The notes below the pieces were generated by a model. The model saw nothing but the letters and a program-made list of their open reading frames with translations. It was not told the origin of the DNA and ran no database searches. Made by a program: the position numbers and the translations under genes. This document shows, piece by piece, positions 1 through 9,647 of a DNA stretch of 64,000 nt; positions within the stretch are counted from its first letter, which is position 1; each line of letters opens with the position of its first letter. Source of the DNA: a virus (taxonomy: Duplodnaviria; Caudoviricetes); the IMG/VR virus record IMGVR_UViG_3300011335_000731, positions 10,147 through 74,146 of that record; one strand, written 5' to 3'.

Positions 1-774
1 CCCGGCGCAAACACACCTGTGGATCTTGCTTATCCACCATTCAGCGCACTTGATGTGCCTGTTTACAATGCACCTACACAGACATTGGATGCAGCCCAAT
101 TCCTAGGCGTGGTAGGTGGATCGCCCCCTACCAGCCAACCCAGCGCCACATACCCTGTGGTCACAGCATTTGTTAATATCACCCTGGCCAATGGTTCATC
201 TACTTTTGCACTTGCTGGATCATACGCAGGCCGTATCATACGCCAAAAAGGCAGCCACAAATATCTAGTAGCGTACACAGGTGGAACCACTGCAGATGGC
301 GCTTTTATTGTTGGTCAAGCATATCAGATCGTTGCTCTTGGTTCAACTAACTGGCAAACAGTGGGCACCGGAACAGGCACAGTAGCAGCTGGTGATATCT
401 TCACTGCCACAGCAGCCAATGGAGGCGGCAACGGTACTGCATACCCAGTTGGCGTGTGCGTGTTGACCAATGATACCACACCAGCAACAGGTCTCATGGC
501 CATTGGATACGAATCAGGAGACAGCGCAGCAGCCACAGCCAGTAACCTTACTAACAAGTGGGTGCGTGACTGGGCCGGTACCACAGGAACCTACAGCGAT
601 AACAACCTGGGTGAAGTTAGCTACACCAGCGAACTTTACTATGTTGCTAACTTCTTCACAGACGAAGGTGGTGTTGCACAGTCAGGTCTGGAAGTAGATA
701 CTGCTACAGAATCCGTTGCAGGTGCACCAGCTGGATACATCCCACTGGCAGTTATCAACAATGCAACTTCCTAA
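1..774 (+). CDS. 5'-truncated hypothetical virion structural protein
   Basis: Frame is open from base 1 (CCC GGC GCA...), so the true start lies upstream of the window. Rich in G/A/T/V; ends before a terminator and the fibre genes. Confidence 0.6.
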   Translation, partial: PGANTPVDLAYPPFSALDVPVYNAPTQTLDAAQFLGVVGGSPPTSQPSATYPVVTAFVNITLANGSSTFALAGSYAGRIIRQKGSHKYLVAYTGGTTADGAFIVGQAYQIVALGSTNWQTVGTGTGTVAAGDIFTATAANGGGNGTAYPVGVCVLTNDTTPATGLMAIGYESGDSAAATASNLTNKWVRDWAGTTGTYSDNNLGEVSYTSELYYVANFFTDEGGVAQSGLEVDTATESVAGAPAGYIPLAVINNATS

Positions 775-789
775 AGTTTAGGAACCCTG

Positions 790-823
790 AATCCTCTCAG
801 CTACATACTGAGAGGATTTTTTT
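790..823 (+). terminator. Rho-independent terminator
   Basis: AATCCTCTCAG-ctacata-CTGAGAGGATT (11-bp stem) followed by a T tract. Confidence 0.8.
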
Positions 824-1411
824 ATGACCATAGCATTTGTATTGGGCAATGGACAAAGCCGAGCAAGTATAGATCTAGTGCAACTCAAGCAACTGGGTCC
901 TATCTACGGCTGCAATGGGCTGTACAGAGATTGGGAACCAGACTGTCTTGTGGCCACAGATCGTCCTATTGCCGAAGCTATACAACGCAGTGGCTACAGC
1001 AAAAAAAATAGATTCTATACAAGAAAACCCCTGCCTGATTCTGGTGCTCAAATAGTTCCTAGAAAATATCATGGCAACAGTTCAGGACCTATTGCCTGTG
1101 CTTTAGCAGCCATAGATGATTACACTCGAATCTATATGTTGGGATTTGACATGGGACCAAGTCCTAGCATGAGATTTAACAATGTGTATGCTGGTACAGA
1201 ATTCTACAAAGCGCCAGATGCGGCACCCACATTTACCGGAAATTGGATACGCCAATTGGCTAGTATAGCCGGAGACTTTCCAAAAGTGCAATTTATCCGT
1301 GTTTGCGGACCCACTAGTGCCGAGATCAAAGAGTTCAAGAACATTGAAAACTTTGAAACCATAGACATCAAACTGTTCCGACATCGCTTAGACACCAACG
1401 ACGGCCTTTGA
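824..1411 (+). CDS. MptE/DUF115 (Maf or sialyltransferase-like Rossmann fold) protein, possible glycosyltransferase
   Basis: AFVLGNGQSR..., IYGCNGLYRD...LVATD, NSSGPIACALA, IYMLGFD motifs match this fold as I recall it. Confidence 0.5.
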   Translation: MTIAFVLGNGQSRASIDLVQLKQLGPIYGCNGLYRDWEPDCLVATDRPIAEAIQRSGYSKKNRFYTRKPLPDSGAQIVPRKYHGNSSGPIACALAAIDDYTRIYMLGFDMGPSPSMRFNNVYAGTEFYKAPDAAPTFTGNWIRQLASIAGDFPKVQFIRVCGPTSAEIKEFKNIENFETIDIKLFRHRLDTNDGL

Positions 1412-1439
1412 GCCAAATCCGTTAGAGATCTGAATCTGG

Positions 1440-1445
1440 TAAATA
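1440..1445 (+). promoter_or_regulatory. T4-late-like promoter
   Basis: TAAATA upstream of the long fibre gene. Confidence 0.55.
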
Positions 1446-1463
1446 CAACCAGAGACTCTACAA

Positions 1464-4400
1464 ATGACACAATATACCATTGATATTGGCGCGGTTCCAG
1501 ACGACGGGCAAGGCGATCCGTTAAGAACTTCGTTCAATTACACCAATTTAAACTTTGATCAGATTTTTGCTGCTGGGCCGGTGCTGAGTAATGTGGCTAT
1601 CGCCAACAATACCATTCGCACGATTACCAGCAACGGCAACTTGATCTTGGCACCCAATGGTATTGGCCAGATACAACTCAGTGCTGCTACTGTGCCTGCT
1701 CTGGATAATGTATATGATCTAGGTAGCCCTACTCAAAGATTCAATTCTATCTATGTGGGCAGCGGCGGATTGAATATACCCAGTATCAGTCTCACTGGTA
1801 ATCTCACTGCTAACAATATTTTCTCCACTGGTTTTATGTCATCTGCTGGCAATGTGGTCAGCGGTGCCACAGTTTCGGGCACTACTTTGTTGGTTTCAAG
1901 TGCCACAGTATATGGAAACTTAGCCACAGTCAATGTCAATGCCACAGGAAATATAACTGCTAGTTATCTTATCGGTAATGGTAGCCAGATCACAGGCATT
2001 CCGGCCGGTGCACAGGGTGTGCAAGGTATCCAAGGTGTGCAGGGAACACAAGGCATTTTAGGCGTAACTGGTTCTCAAGGTATAACTGGAATTCAAGGCA
2101 TCCAAGGCGTGCAAGGGGCAGTGGGCACTCAAGGTGCAGTGGGCACTCAAGGCGTACAAGGCACCCAAGGCATACAGGGAACACAGGGTATAACCGGAAC
2201 TCAAGGTGCAACCGGAACTCAAGGTGCAACCGGAACTCAAGGCATCCAAGGTGTGCAAGGTGCAATCGGTACCCAAGGTGTAATAGGTACCCAAGGCGTA
2301 CAAGGCACTCAAGGCGTACAAGGCACTCAAGGCGTACAAGGTACGCAAGGAACTCAAGGTACGCAAGGTATTCAAGGTACGCAAGGCATACAGGGTACTC
2401 AAGGTACGCAAGGCATACAAGGTACGCAAGGCATACAAGGTACGCAAGGCATACAGGGTACTCAAGGTACGCAAGGTATTTTTGGAACCCAAGGAACCCA
2501 AGGAACTCAAGGCATTCAAGGCATTCAAGGCACTCAGGGGTTGCAAGGACTTGGAGATCGATACGCCACGACCAGTAGCACCAGTCTGACAATCAGCAAT
2601 GCAACCAAGAGCCTGACTGTTGGAACAGGGTTGAATTATAGTGCTGGACAAACTACAATCATTGCGTATGATGGGTCTAACTACATGCAAGGTGTATGTG
2701 CATCCTATGACTCTGGTACAGGTGCATTGGTTGTAGATGTTAATGTATCGGTTGGTGGGCCTGGGCCGTATACTAGTTGGCAAGTAAATCTTGCGGGTGT
2801 TGAAGGCCCTGTGGGAGCACAAGGCGTACAGGGCACACAAGGAATCCAAGGTGAAACTGGTACTCAAGGCACCCAGGGTATCCAAGGCGAAACTGGTACT
2901 CAAGGCACCCAGGGTATCCAAGGAGAAATAGGCACTCAAGGCATCCAAGGAGAAACAGGTACTCAAGGTACTCAAGGAACTCAAGGAATCCAAGGTGAAA
3001 CTGGTGCCCAAGGTACCCAAGGAACACAAGGTGAAACAGGAACACAAGGTACTCAAGGAACACAAGGTACTCAAGGAACACAAGGTATTCAAGGAATCCA
3101 AGGCATTCAAGGAGTAACTGGATCACAAGGTACCACCGGTACTCAGGGCATCCAGGGTACTCAAGGTGAAACTGGCACACAAGGCGAAACTGGCACACAA
3201 GGTATTGTTGGTGCTCAAGGTACTCAAGGTATTCAAGGAGTCATCGGCTCACAGGGTATAACCGGAGCACAAGGTATACAAGGCGTACAAGGTGCCATTG
3301 GTACACAAGGTAGCATCGGCACCCAAGGAGAGATTGGATCTCAAGGCGTACAAGGCACTCAAGGCGTACAAGGCACTCAAGGCGTACAAGGCACTCAAGG
3401 CGTACAAGGCACTCAAGGCATACAGGGTACTCAAGGTACACAGGGCACTCAAGGCGTACAAGGTACTCAAGGCATCCAGGGAGAAATTGGTGCCCAAGGT
3501 ACACAAGGAACTCAAGGTACTCAGGGCACACAAGGTACTCAAGGAACTCAAGGCGTACAAGGCACCCAAGGTATCCAGGGAGAAACTGGCACCCAAGGTA
3601 CTCAAGGTATACAAGGCGTTACAGGCGCACAAGGTGCTCAAGGTACACAAGGTATCCAGGGTGTGCAAGGAGCAATCGGAGCACAAGGTACACAAGGTAC
3701 TCAAGGTATTCAAGGTACTCAAGGCACCCAAGGTACACAAGGCATCCAAGGAACTCAAGGTGTACAAGGTACACAAGGTACTCAAGGTATTCAAGGTACT
3801 CAAGGCACCCAAGGTACACAAGGTACACAAGGTACACAAGGCATCCAAGGTATTCAAGGCCCTGGAAATATCATTGAGGCCACTAACAATACCAGCACTA
3901 CCACACTGTATCCTGTGATGGTTGGTGCAGCGGGCAGCGGTCAACTGGCCAATGTTACAACAGGTGGATTTGTTTTTAATGCGGCAACCAACGCACTAAG
4001 TGTCACAGGCAATATCACCGGCAACTATATTCTAGGTAATGGTGCATGCCTAACTGGTGTAATCACTTCTGTGGCCAACATCAACAATGGCACATCAAAT
4101 ATCACAGTAGTAAGTTCTGGCGGCAATATTACCGTAGGGATAGGCGGCACATCAAATGTTGTTGTTTGGGCTACCACAGGCGAGTACATTACTGGAGTGT
4201 TATCAGTATCTGGCAACATCACCGGCGGCAATATATCAACAGCCGGCAATGTAAATGGTGCCAATGTTGTAGCAACCACACTCAGTGCCACAGGCAATGT
4301 CACAGCCAACAATGGCATGTTCACCAACATAGTGAATGTGGCTAGTTTCACCGGTGCTGTAGTTTCAGTATCGGGTAACATCACTGGTGGTAACATATCC

Positions 4401-7400
4401 ACAGCTGGTAATGTGAATGGTGCTAACATAGTGGCAACTACACTCAGTGCTACAGGTAATATTTTAGGTGGAAATCTCAGCCTTAGTGGCACCACTATCA
4501 GCACAACTTACAACACAGGTGCTGCGGTCGTATCCGGCGGCATGGGATTGGCTGGCAATTTAAACATGTTCAGCACAGCACAGATCCATATGGGCGATGA
4601 TATCAGCTCAGTAAATTTCACTGCTGCCAAGATCCAAGTTACCAGCAATGTAAACAGTTACAGCCAGGTACTAGGATACAATGTAAATCCAGGTGCATCC
4701 GCCAGCACAGATTTTGTGGCCACTGCCAACAATGGTGATGACGCTACTTTCTACATTGACATGGGTATCAATAGTAACAACTATAGTGATGCCAGTTACA
4801 CAGCATTTGGTGCCAATGATGGATACTTGTATATCAATGGTGGCAATCTGGGTATAGCCACACAGAGCGCAGGCAAGAATGTAAGAATATACACCGGCAA
4901 TACTCTGTCAGGCAATCTGCGTGCTGAGTTCTGGGATTCAGGTGCCAACATCACTGGATTGTTATCGGCTAGCGGTAATGTCACTGGCGCTAATGTCAAC
5001 ACAGGTGGATTGATCTCGGCCACAGGTAATATCACCAGCGCTAACATCAACACCGGTGGATTGATCAGTGCCACAGGTAACATAACTGGCGCCAACATCA
5101 ACACCAACAACATAGTAGGCACTAGTGTCACAATCACCAGCACTGGTGCGTTGAATCTTGCACCAACAGGCAACATAGTATTGACTGCCAACACATACAT
5201 CAACAATCTTGCTATGCCTGTGCAAGATTATGATGCAGCCACCAAACTATATGTTGATAACTTTGCCACAACTGGACTTACATTCCATGAACAAGTTTAC
5301 GCAGCCACCAACACCACACTAGAAACTGCTACCAGTGGTACCATAACCTATGCTCAACCTAATGGTGCTGGCAACGGTGTAGGTGCCACACTTACCACAT
5401 CCGGAACATTCTACCTAATTGATACAGCCAACATCCAGACAGTGGGCACTCGTGTGTTGGTTCAAAATCAAGCCAATGGTGTACAAAACGGTATCTATAC
5501 CTATGCCAACACCACTGCTATCGTTCGTTCCACAGATGCTGACCAATATGGGTCAGATAGCACAGAAGCTATCAGTATCAATGATTACTTTTTTGTAACC
5601 AATGGTAATGTCAACGCCGGTGCTGCTTTTGTAGTAAGTGCGCCTGCAGGAACAATCACATTTGGTACCAGTAACATACAGTTTTCAGAATTCAGCAGAA
5701 GTCAAGTTTATAGTGCTAACACCGCTGCTGGTATAAGTCTAACTGGTACCGTATTCAGTGCCAAGGTTGACAACACAACCACTGCATTTGATGGTGGTGG
5801 TAATATCACGGTCAAAGCAGGTGCAGTGCTTACCACACCTAACATTGGTGCTGCTACAGGTACAAGTTTAACTACAACTGGAAATATCCAAGGCAGTTAT
5901 ATCCTTGGTAACGGATCACTACTCACCGGCATTGATTCTGCTGCTATATCAAATGGTACCAGCAATGTAAGAGTATTCAACAACAGCAATGTCACAGTCA
6001 GCGTGGCATCTAATTCTAACATAGCCACTTTTGCCACAGATGGATTGTCAGTCACAGGACTAATAACCAGCACAGGCAATATACAAGGCAGCAACTTGGT
6101 TACAGGCGGATCGGCTAGTGTTACTGGAAATTTGGTTGCCAATAATGGTATGTTTACCAATATTGTTAATGTGGCTAGTTTCACCGGTGGGTTGGTAAGT
6201 GTATCTGGCAATATCACTGGCGGAAATATAAACACCGGTATTGTGTCGACTACCGGACAAATAATTTCAACAAGTGCCGGGGGCACAGCCGACGGTTCTG
6301 GACAACTATACCTCAATGGATCAACTAACAATCGAATTGATTTTAGTGGAGCCGGGGTAGCGGGACCTGCAAACACAACAAGAAGTCTTGGCACAAAAAT
6401 AACATTATTCCCTGGCCTTAGTCCTACTGCTGTTGATTATGCTTTTGGTATTGACGCCGGTACGCTGTGGAGTTCTATACCCGGATTTGACTCCGGACAG
6501 TTCTTCGCATGGTATGGAGGAACTACTCAGATAGTATCTTTGAGCGGCACAGGCGTGTTGTCCGTGTTGGGTAACATAACTGGTGCCAATATCAACACTG
6601 GTGGTCTTATCACAGCAGTTGGTAATGTGCAGGCTGCTGGTTATACCTATGCTAATGGTGATCCGGTTGCAGGATCAGGACCTCAAGGTACCACAGGTGC
6701 TCAAGGCACAACCGGCGCTCAGGGCATACAAGGTATACAGGGTATTTTTGGTACTCAAGGCGTACAAGGTACTCAAGGCGTACAAGGTACTCAAGGCATT
6801 CAAGGTACTCAAGGCATCCAAGGTGAATTTGGAACTCAAGGTACACAGGGTACACAAGGTGTACAAGGAACTCAAGGTGTACAAGGTACACAAGGTATCC
6901 AAGGCATCCAGGGAGAAATTGGTGCTCAGGGTACGCAAGGTATCCAGGGCATACAAGGAGTAACCGGTGCTCAAGGTGAAACCGGCACCCAAGGCACACA
7001 AGGCATCCAAGGTGCAACTGGTACTCAAGGCACACAAGGTACCCAAGGTATTCAAGGCACAACTGGTACCCAAGGTACAATTGGTGCTCAAGGTATCCAA
7101 GGTGAAACCGGCACCCAAGGCACAACTGGAACACAAGGTACACAGGGAATTACTGGAACACAAGGTATCACTGGTGCTCAAGGTATCCAGGGTATCACTG
7201 GAACGCAAGGAGCTACCGGAACACAAGGTGAAGTTGGCGCACAAGGAACGCAAGGTACCACAGGTATCCAAGGTATTACCGGCGTCCAGGGCGCTACCGG
7301 AACTCAAGGTATCACTGGAACACAAGGTATCACTGGAGCACAGGGTATACAAGGCGTTACGGGCGCACAAGGTACTACCGGTGCACAAGGAACACAGGGT

Positions 7401-8729
7401 GTTCAGGGTGGTGTTGGCATCCAGGGAGCACAAGGCATACAAGGTGTTATTGGTGCCCAAGGTATACAAGGCACTACAGGTGCCCAGGGAGCCGGTGGTA
7501 CTCAAGGTACTCAAGGCATCCAGGGTATAACTGGTACTCAAGGTGTACAAGGTCCAGGTACCACAATAACTTCAACAGTTGATAACTTTACCGGCAATGG
7601 TTCACAAGTTGATTTTGTTCTCAGCACTTCTCCTAGCAGTGAAAATGTAACCTGGATCAATATTGATGGTGTGGAACAACTTCGTACTGGGTATAGTTTA
7701 TCTGGTAATACCATTACATTCTCTAGTCCGCCAGCATCCGGCGCATCAATTGAAGTTACATCATTGGGCGGCGCGGTAGGCAGCAGTGTTAGTATTGCTA
7801 ATGGTGGAAGTAATGTCAGTATCGGCTCAGCAGGATCAAATGTCACCGTTGGTGTAAATGGAACCAGTAATGTGGCTGTTTGGGCCACCACGGGTGCGTA
7901 TGTAACAGGGATAATTTCGGCTTCGGGCAATGTTGTTTCCGCTGGTAATCTTTTGGTCACTAATAATGTGGGTATTGGTACTACTACGCCGGGGGTAAAA
8001 TTAGATGTAACAGGCTCTATTAGAGCCAGTGTTAATGTTACATCAGCTGCTGATTTTATCGGTGGCGGCGCGGCAGGATACGCAGCTTTGTACGCCGACG
8101 GTGCTGGCGGTGTAATTGTTTGCCGTGGCTCATCAAGCACCAATAATATTGAGTTTTCTACAGATAGCGCAGAACGGATGCGTCTTGACACCGTCGGTCG
8201 TTTAATGATTGGTACAACTACTGCAAGGGCGTCAGCATCAAAACTTGAGCTAAAGAGCCCAGCAAATACAGCTCTATCCATTTACATGTTTAAGGACACT
8301 CAAGTTGAAGTTAACATGGGGTTTGCCGGTGGTGGCGATAGCAATTTTTATATCAACAGCGGGTCTACCACTATTGGAGCTTCTGGGGTTTATCTGACCA
8401 ATAACGGCAGTAGTTGGAACTCAGTCTCCGATGAGCGCATGAAAACTATTGTTGAGCCAATCTTGGATGCGGTGCAAAAGGTAATGATGCTCCGGGCTGT
8501 GATCGGCTCATACAAAAATGACAAAAACAATACTCGCCGACCATTCCTTATTGCCCAGGATGTGCAAGCAGTATTGCCCGAAGCGGTCAATGTGCAAGAT
8601 CAAGAAACAGGCACCCTAGGGATGTCATACACTGACACTATACCATTGCTTGTGGCTGCAATCAAAGAACAACAAGTGCTGATCACTGCACTAACCGCCC
8701 GAGTCGCTGAATTGGAAAAAAACCTTTGA
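1464..8729 (+). CDS. Long tail fibre with three collagen-like (Gly-X-Gln) segments and a C-terminal peptidase S74 intramolecular chaperone
   Basis: N-terminal IDIGAVPDDGQGDPLRTSF resembles the T4 gp9/gp10 attachment motif. Hundreds of G-X-Q triplets. C-terminal SDERMK...IAQDVQAVLPEAV...PLLVAAIKEQ is S74-type. Confidence 0.85.
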   Translation: MTQYTIDIGAVPDDGQGDPLRTSFNYTNLNFDQIFAAGPVLSNVAIANNTIRTITSNGNLILAPNGIGQIQLSAATVPALDNVYDLGSPTQRFNSIYVGSGGLNIPSISLTGNLTANNIFSTGFMSSAGNVVSGATVSGTTLLVSSATVYGNLATVNVNATGNITASYLIGNGSQITGIPAGAQGVQGIQGVQGTQGILGVTGSQGITGIQGIQGVQGAVGTQGAVGTQGVQGTQGIQGTQGITGTQGATGTQGATGTQGIQGVQGAIGTQGVIGTQGVQGTQGVQGTQGVQGTQGTQGTQGIQGTQGIQGTQGTQGIQGTQGIQGTQGIQGTQGTQGIFGTQGTQGTQGIQGIQGTQGLQGLGDRYATTSSTSLTISNATKSLTVGTGLNYSAGQTTIIAYDGSNYMQGVCASYDSGTGALVVDVNVSVGGPGPYTSWQVNLAGVEGPVGAQGVQGTQGIQGETGTQGTQGIQGETGTQGTQGIQGEIGTQGIQGETGTQGTQGTQGIQGETGAQGTQGTQGETGTQGTQGTQGTQGTQGIQGIQGIQGVTGSQGTTGTQGIQGTQGETGTQGETGTQGIVGAQGTQGIQGVIGSQGITGAQGIQGVQGAIGTQGSIGTQGEIGSQGVQGTQGVQGTQGVQGTQGVQGTQGIQGTQGTQGTQGVQGTQGIQGEIGAQGTQGTQGTQGTQGTQGTQGVQGTQGIQGETGTQGTQGIQGVTGAQGAQGTQGIQGVQGAIGAQGTQGTQGIQGTQGTQGTQGIQGTQGVQGTQGTQGIQGTQGTQGTQGTQGTQGIQGIQGPGNIIEATNNTSTTTLYPVMVGAAGSGQLANVTTGGFVFNAATNALSVTGNITGNYILGNGACLTGVITSVANINNGTSNITVVSSGGNITVGIGGTSNVVVWATTGEYITGVLSVSGNITGGNISTAGNVNGANVVATTLSATGNVTANNGMFTNIVNVASFTGAVVSVSGNITGGNISTAGNVNGANIVATTLSATGNILGGNLSLSGTTISTTYNTGAAVVSGGMGLAGNLNMFSTAQIHMGDDISSVNFTAAKIQVTSNVNSYSQVLGYNVNPGASASTDFVATANNGDDATFYIDMGINSNNYSDASYTAFGANDGYLYINGGNLGIATQSAGKNVRIYTGNTLSGNLRAEFWDSGANITGLLSASGNVTGANVNTGGLISATGNITSANINTGGLISATGNITGANINTNNIVGTSVTITSTGALNLAPTGNIVLTANTYINNLAMPVQDYDAATKLYVDNFATTGLTFHEQVYAATNTTLETATSGTITYAQPNGAGNGVGATLTTSGTFYLIDTANIQTVGTRVLVQNQANGVQNGIYTYANTTAIVRSTDADQYGSDSTEAISINDYFFVTNGNVNAGAAFVVSAPAGTITFGTSNIQFSEFSRSQVYSANTAAGISLTGTVFSAKVDNTTTAFDGGGNITVKAGAVLTTPNIGAATGTSLTTTGNIQGSYILGNGSLLTGIDSAAISNGTSNVRVFNNSNVTVSVASNSNIATFATDGLSVTGLITSTGNIQGSNLVTGGSASVTGNLVANNGMFTNIVNVASFTGGLVSVSGNITGGNINTGIVSTTGQIISTSAGGTADGSGQLYLNGSTNNRIDFSGAGVAGPANTTRSLGTKITLFPGLSPTAVDYAFGIDAGTLWSSIPGFDSGQFFAWYGGTTQIVSLSGTGVLSVLGNITGANINTGGLITAVGNVQAAGYTYANGDPVAGSGPQGTTGAQGTTGAQGIQGIQGIFGTQGVQGTQGVQGTQGIQGTQGIQGEFGTQGTQGTQGVQGTQGVQGTQGIQGIQGEIGAQGTQGIQGIQGVTGAQGETGTQGTQGIQGATGTQGTQGTQGIQGTTGTQGTIGAQGIQGETGTQGTTGTQGTQGITGTQGITGAQGIQGITGTQGATGTQGEVGAQGTQGTTGIQGITGVQGATGTQGITGTQGITGAQGIQGVTGAQGTTGAQGTQGVQGGVGIQGAQGIQGVIGAQGIQGTTGAQGAGGTQGTQGIQGITGTQGVQGPGTTITSTVDNFTGNGSQVDFVLSTSPSSENVTWINIDGVEQLRTGYSLSGNTITFSSPPASGASIEVTSLGGAVGSSVSIANGGSNVSIGSAGSNVTVGVNGTSNVAVWATTGAYVTGIISASGNVVSAGNLLVTNNVGIGTTTPGVKLDVTGSIRASVNVTSAADFIGGGAAGYAALYADGAGGVIVCRGSSSTNNIEFSTDSAERMRLDTVGRLMIGTTTARASASKLELKSPANTALSIYMFKDTQVEVNMGFAGGGDSNFYINSGSTTIGASGVYLTNNGSSWNSVSDERMKTIVEPILDAVQKVMMLRAVIGSYKNDKNNTRRPFLIAQDVQAVLPEAVNVQDQETGTLGMSYTDTIPLLVAAIKEQQVLITALTARVAELEKNL
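2007..2555 (+). repeat. Collagen-like segment 1 (~60 Gly-X-Gln triplets)
   Basis: GAQGVQGIQGVQGTQ...; 9-bp periodicity (CAAGGY-NNN). Confidence 0.9.
2796..3863 (+). repeat. Collagen-like segment 2 (~118 triplets)
   Basis: GTQ/GIQ/GET triplets; contains four perfect 18-bp units at 3342-3413. Confidence 0.9.
6678..7556 (+). repeat. Collagen-like segment 3 (~97 triplets)
   Basis: GPQGTTGAQ...GVQGP. Confidence 0.9.
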
Positions 8730-8735
8730 TAAGTA
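8730..8735 (+). promoter_or_regulatory. Late-like promoter variant, leaderless spacing
   Basis: TAAGTA-N7-ATG(8743), no SD. Confidence 0.4.
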
Positions 8736-8742
8736 AACAAAT

Positions 8743-9600
8743 ATGGCATTAACAGTAATTCTACCTTCAGGTCTCAGTAATACCGGCAATTTTGCAGTTG
8801 GTAGTTTAAGTGCCACGGGCAATCTCACCGGCAACTATATCCTGGGCAACGGCGCTCTATTGACCGGGGTAATCACTAGTGTGGCTAATATCAACAATGG
8901 CACAAGTAATGTCACGGTGGTAAGTTCCGGCGGCAATGTCACTGTAGGTATTGGCGGAACCGGAAATGTGGCTGTGTTTGCTACCACAGGTGAATATGTT
9001 ACTGGATTGATATCAGCAACTGGTAACATCACTGGCGGAAATTTAGTAACCGCAGGAACTGGTGGAAACATCACCGGGGCTAATGTAGTTGCAGCAACTA
9101 CACTTAGTGCTACAGGTAATGCGATTGCTAACAATGTAATAGCAACTACCATCGTCAGTGCAGTCAGCCACACGGGAACTATAGTAAGTATCACTGGTAA
9201 CATCACAGCTGGTGGCGGTACATTTGGAACAGGCAACATTTCTACCACAGGTAATATCGCTGCCGGTTACTTTATTGGTAACGGATCAGCACTCACCGGT
9301 ATATCAGGTGGCGGTGGTGCAAGTATCAGCAATGGCACATCAAATGTCACAGTAGTAAGTTCAGGTGGCAATGTCACTGTGGGTGTTGGTGGAACATCAA
9401 ATGTAGCTGTGTTTGATACTACAGGTATATACGGACCTTTATTTTATGCCACTAACGCATTCTACTTCAATCAGACAACAATAGGCACGAGTATAGTATT
9501 TCCCACAGGATACAATGCAAGTACCGTTGGCCCAATGACGCAATCACCAGGAGTGTCAGTCACAGTACCCCCTGGAGCAAAATGGATAGTACTCGGATAG
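8743..9600 (+). CDS. Tail-fibre-associated structural protein
   Basis: GNITGGN / SNVTVVSSGGNVTVG repeats shared with the 2421-aa fibre. Confidence 0.65.
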   Translation: MALTVILPSGLSNTGNFAVGSLSATGNLTGNYILGNGALLTGVITSVANINNGTSNVTVVSSGGNVTVGIGGTGNVAVFATTGEYVTGLISATGNITGGNLVTAGTGGNITGANVVAATTLSATGNAIANNVIATTIVSAVSHTGTIVSITGNITAGGGTFGTGNISTTGNIAAGYFIGNGSALTGISGGGGASISNGTSNVTVVSSGGNVTVGVGGTSNVAVFDTTGIYGPLFYATNAFYFNQTTIGTSIVFPTGYNASTVGPMTQSPGVSVTVPPGAKWIVLG

Positions 9601-9612
9601 CACCCGGATGAA

Positions 9613-9618
9613 TAAATA
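9613..9618 (+). promoter_or_regulatory. T4-late-like promoter
   Basis: ATAAATA, followed by SD AAGGA and ATG 9648. Confidence 0.55.
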
Positions 9619-9647
9619 ATTTATCAAATGTTACAAGGAACACAAAC

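Noticed and set aside
1990-7550. Long minus-strand and alternate-frame ORFs over the collagen regions (for example 2058-3110, 3249-3944, 6675-7550)
   Set aside because: Shadow frames of the stop-poor 9-bp periodic repeat; no RBS or promoter and nonsensical composition
2007-7556. Repeat arrays as CRISPR
   Set aside because: The units are contiguous, in-frame and degenerate, with no unique spacers and no cas genes
4020-9400. Repeated fibre modules as DGR template and variable repeats
   Set aside because: Differences are synonymous at all four bases rather than adenine-specific, and there is no reverse transcriptase in the window
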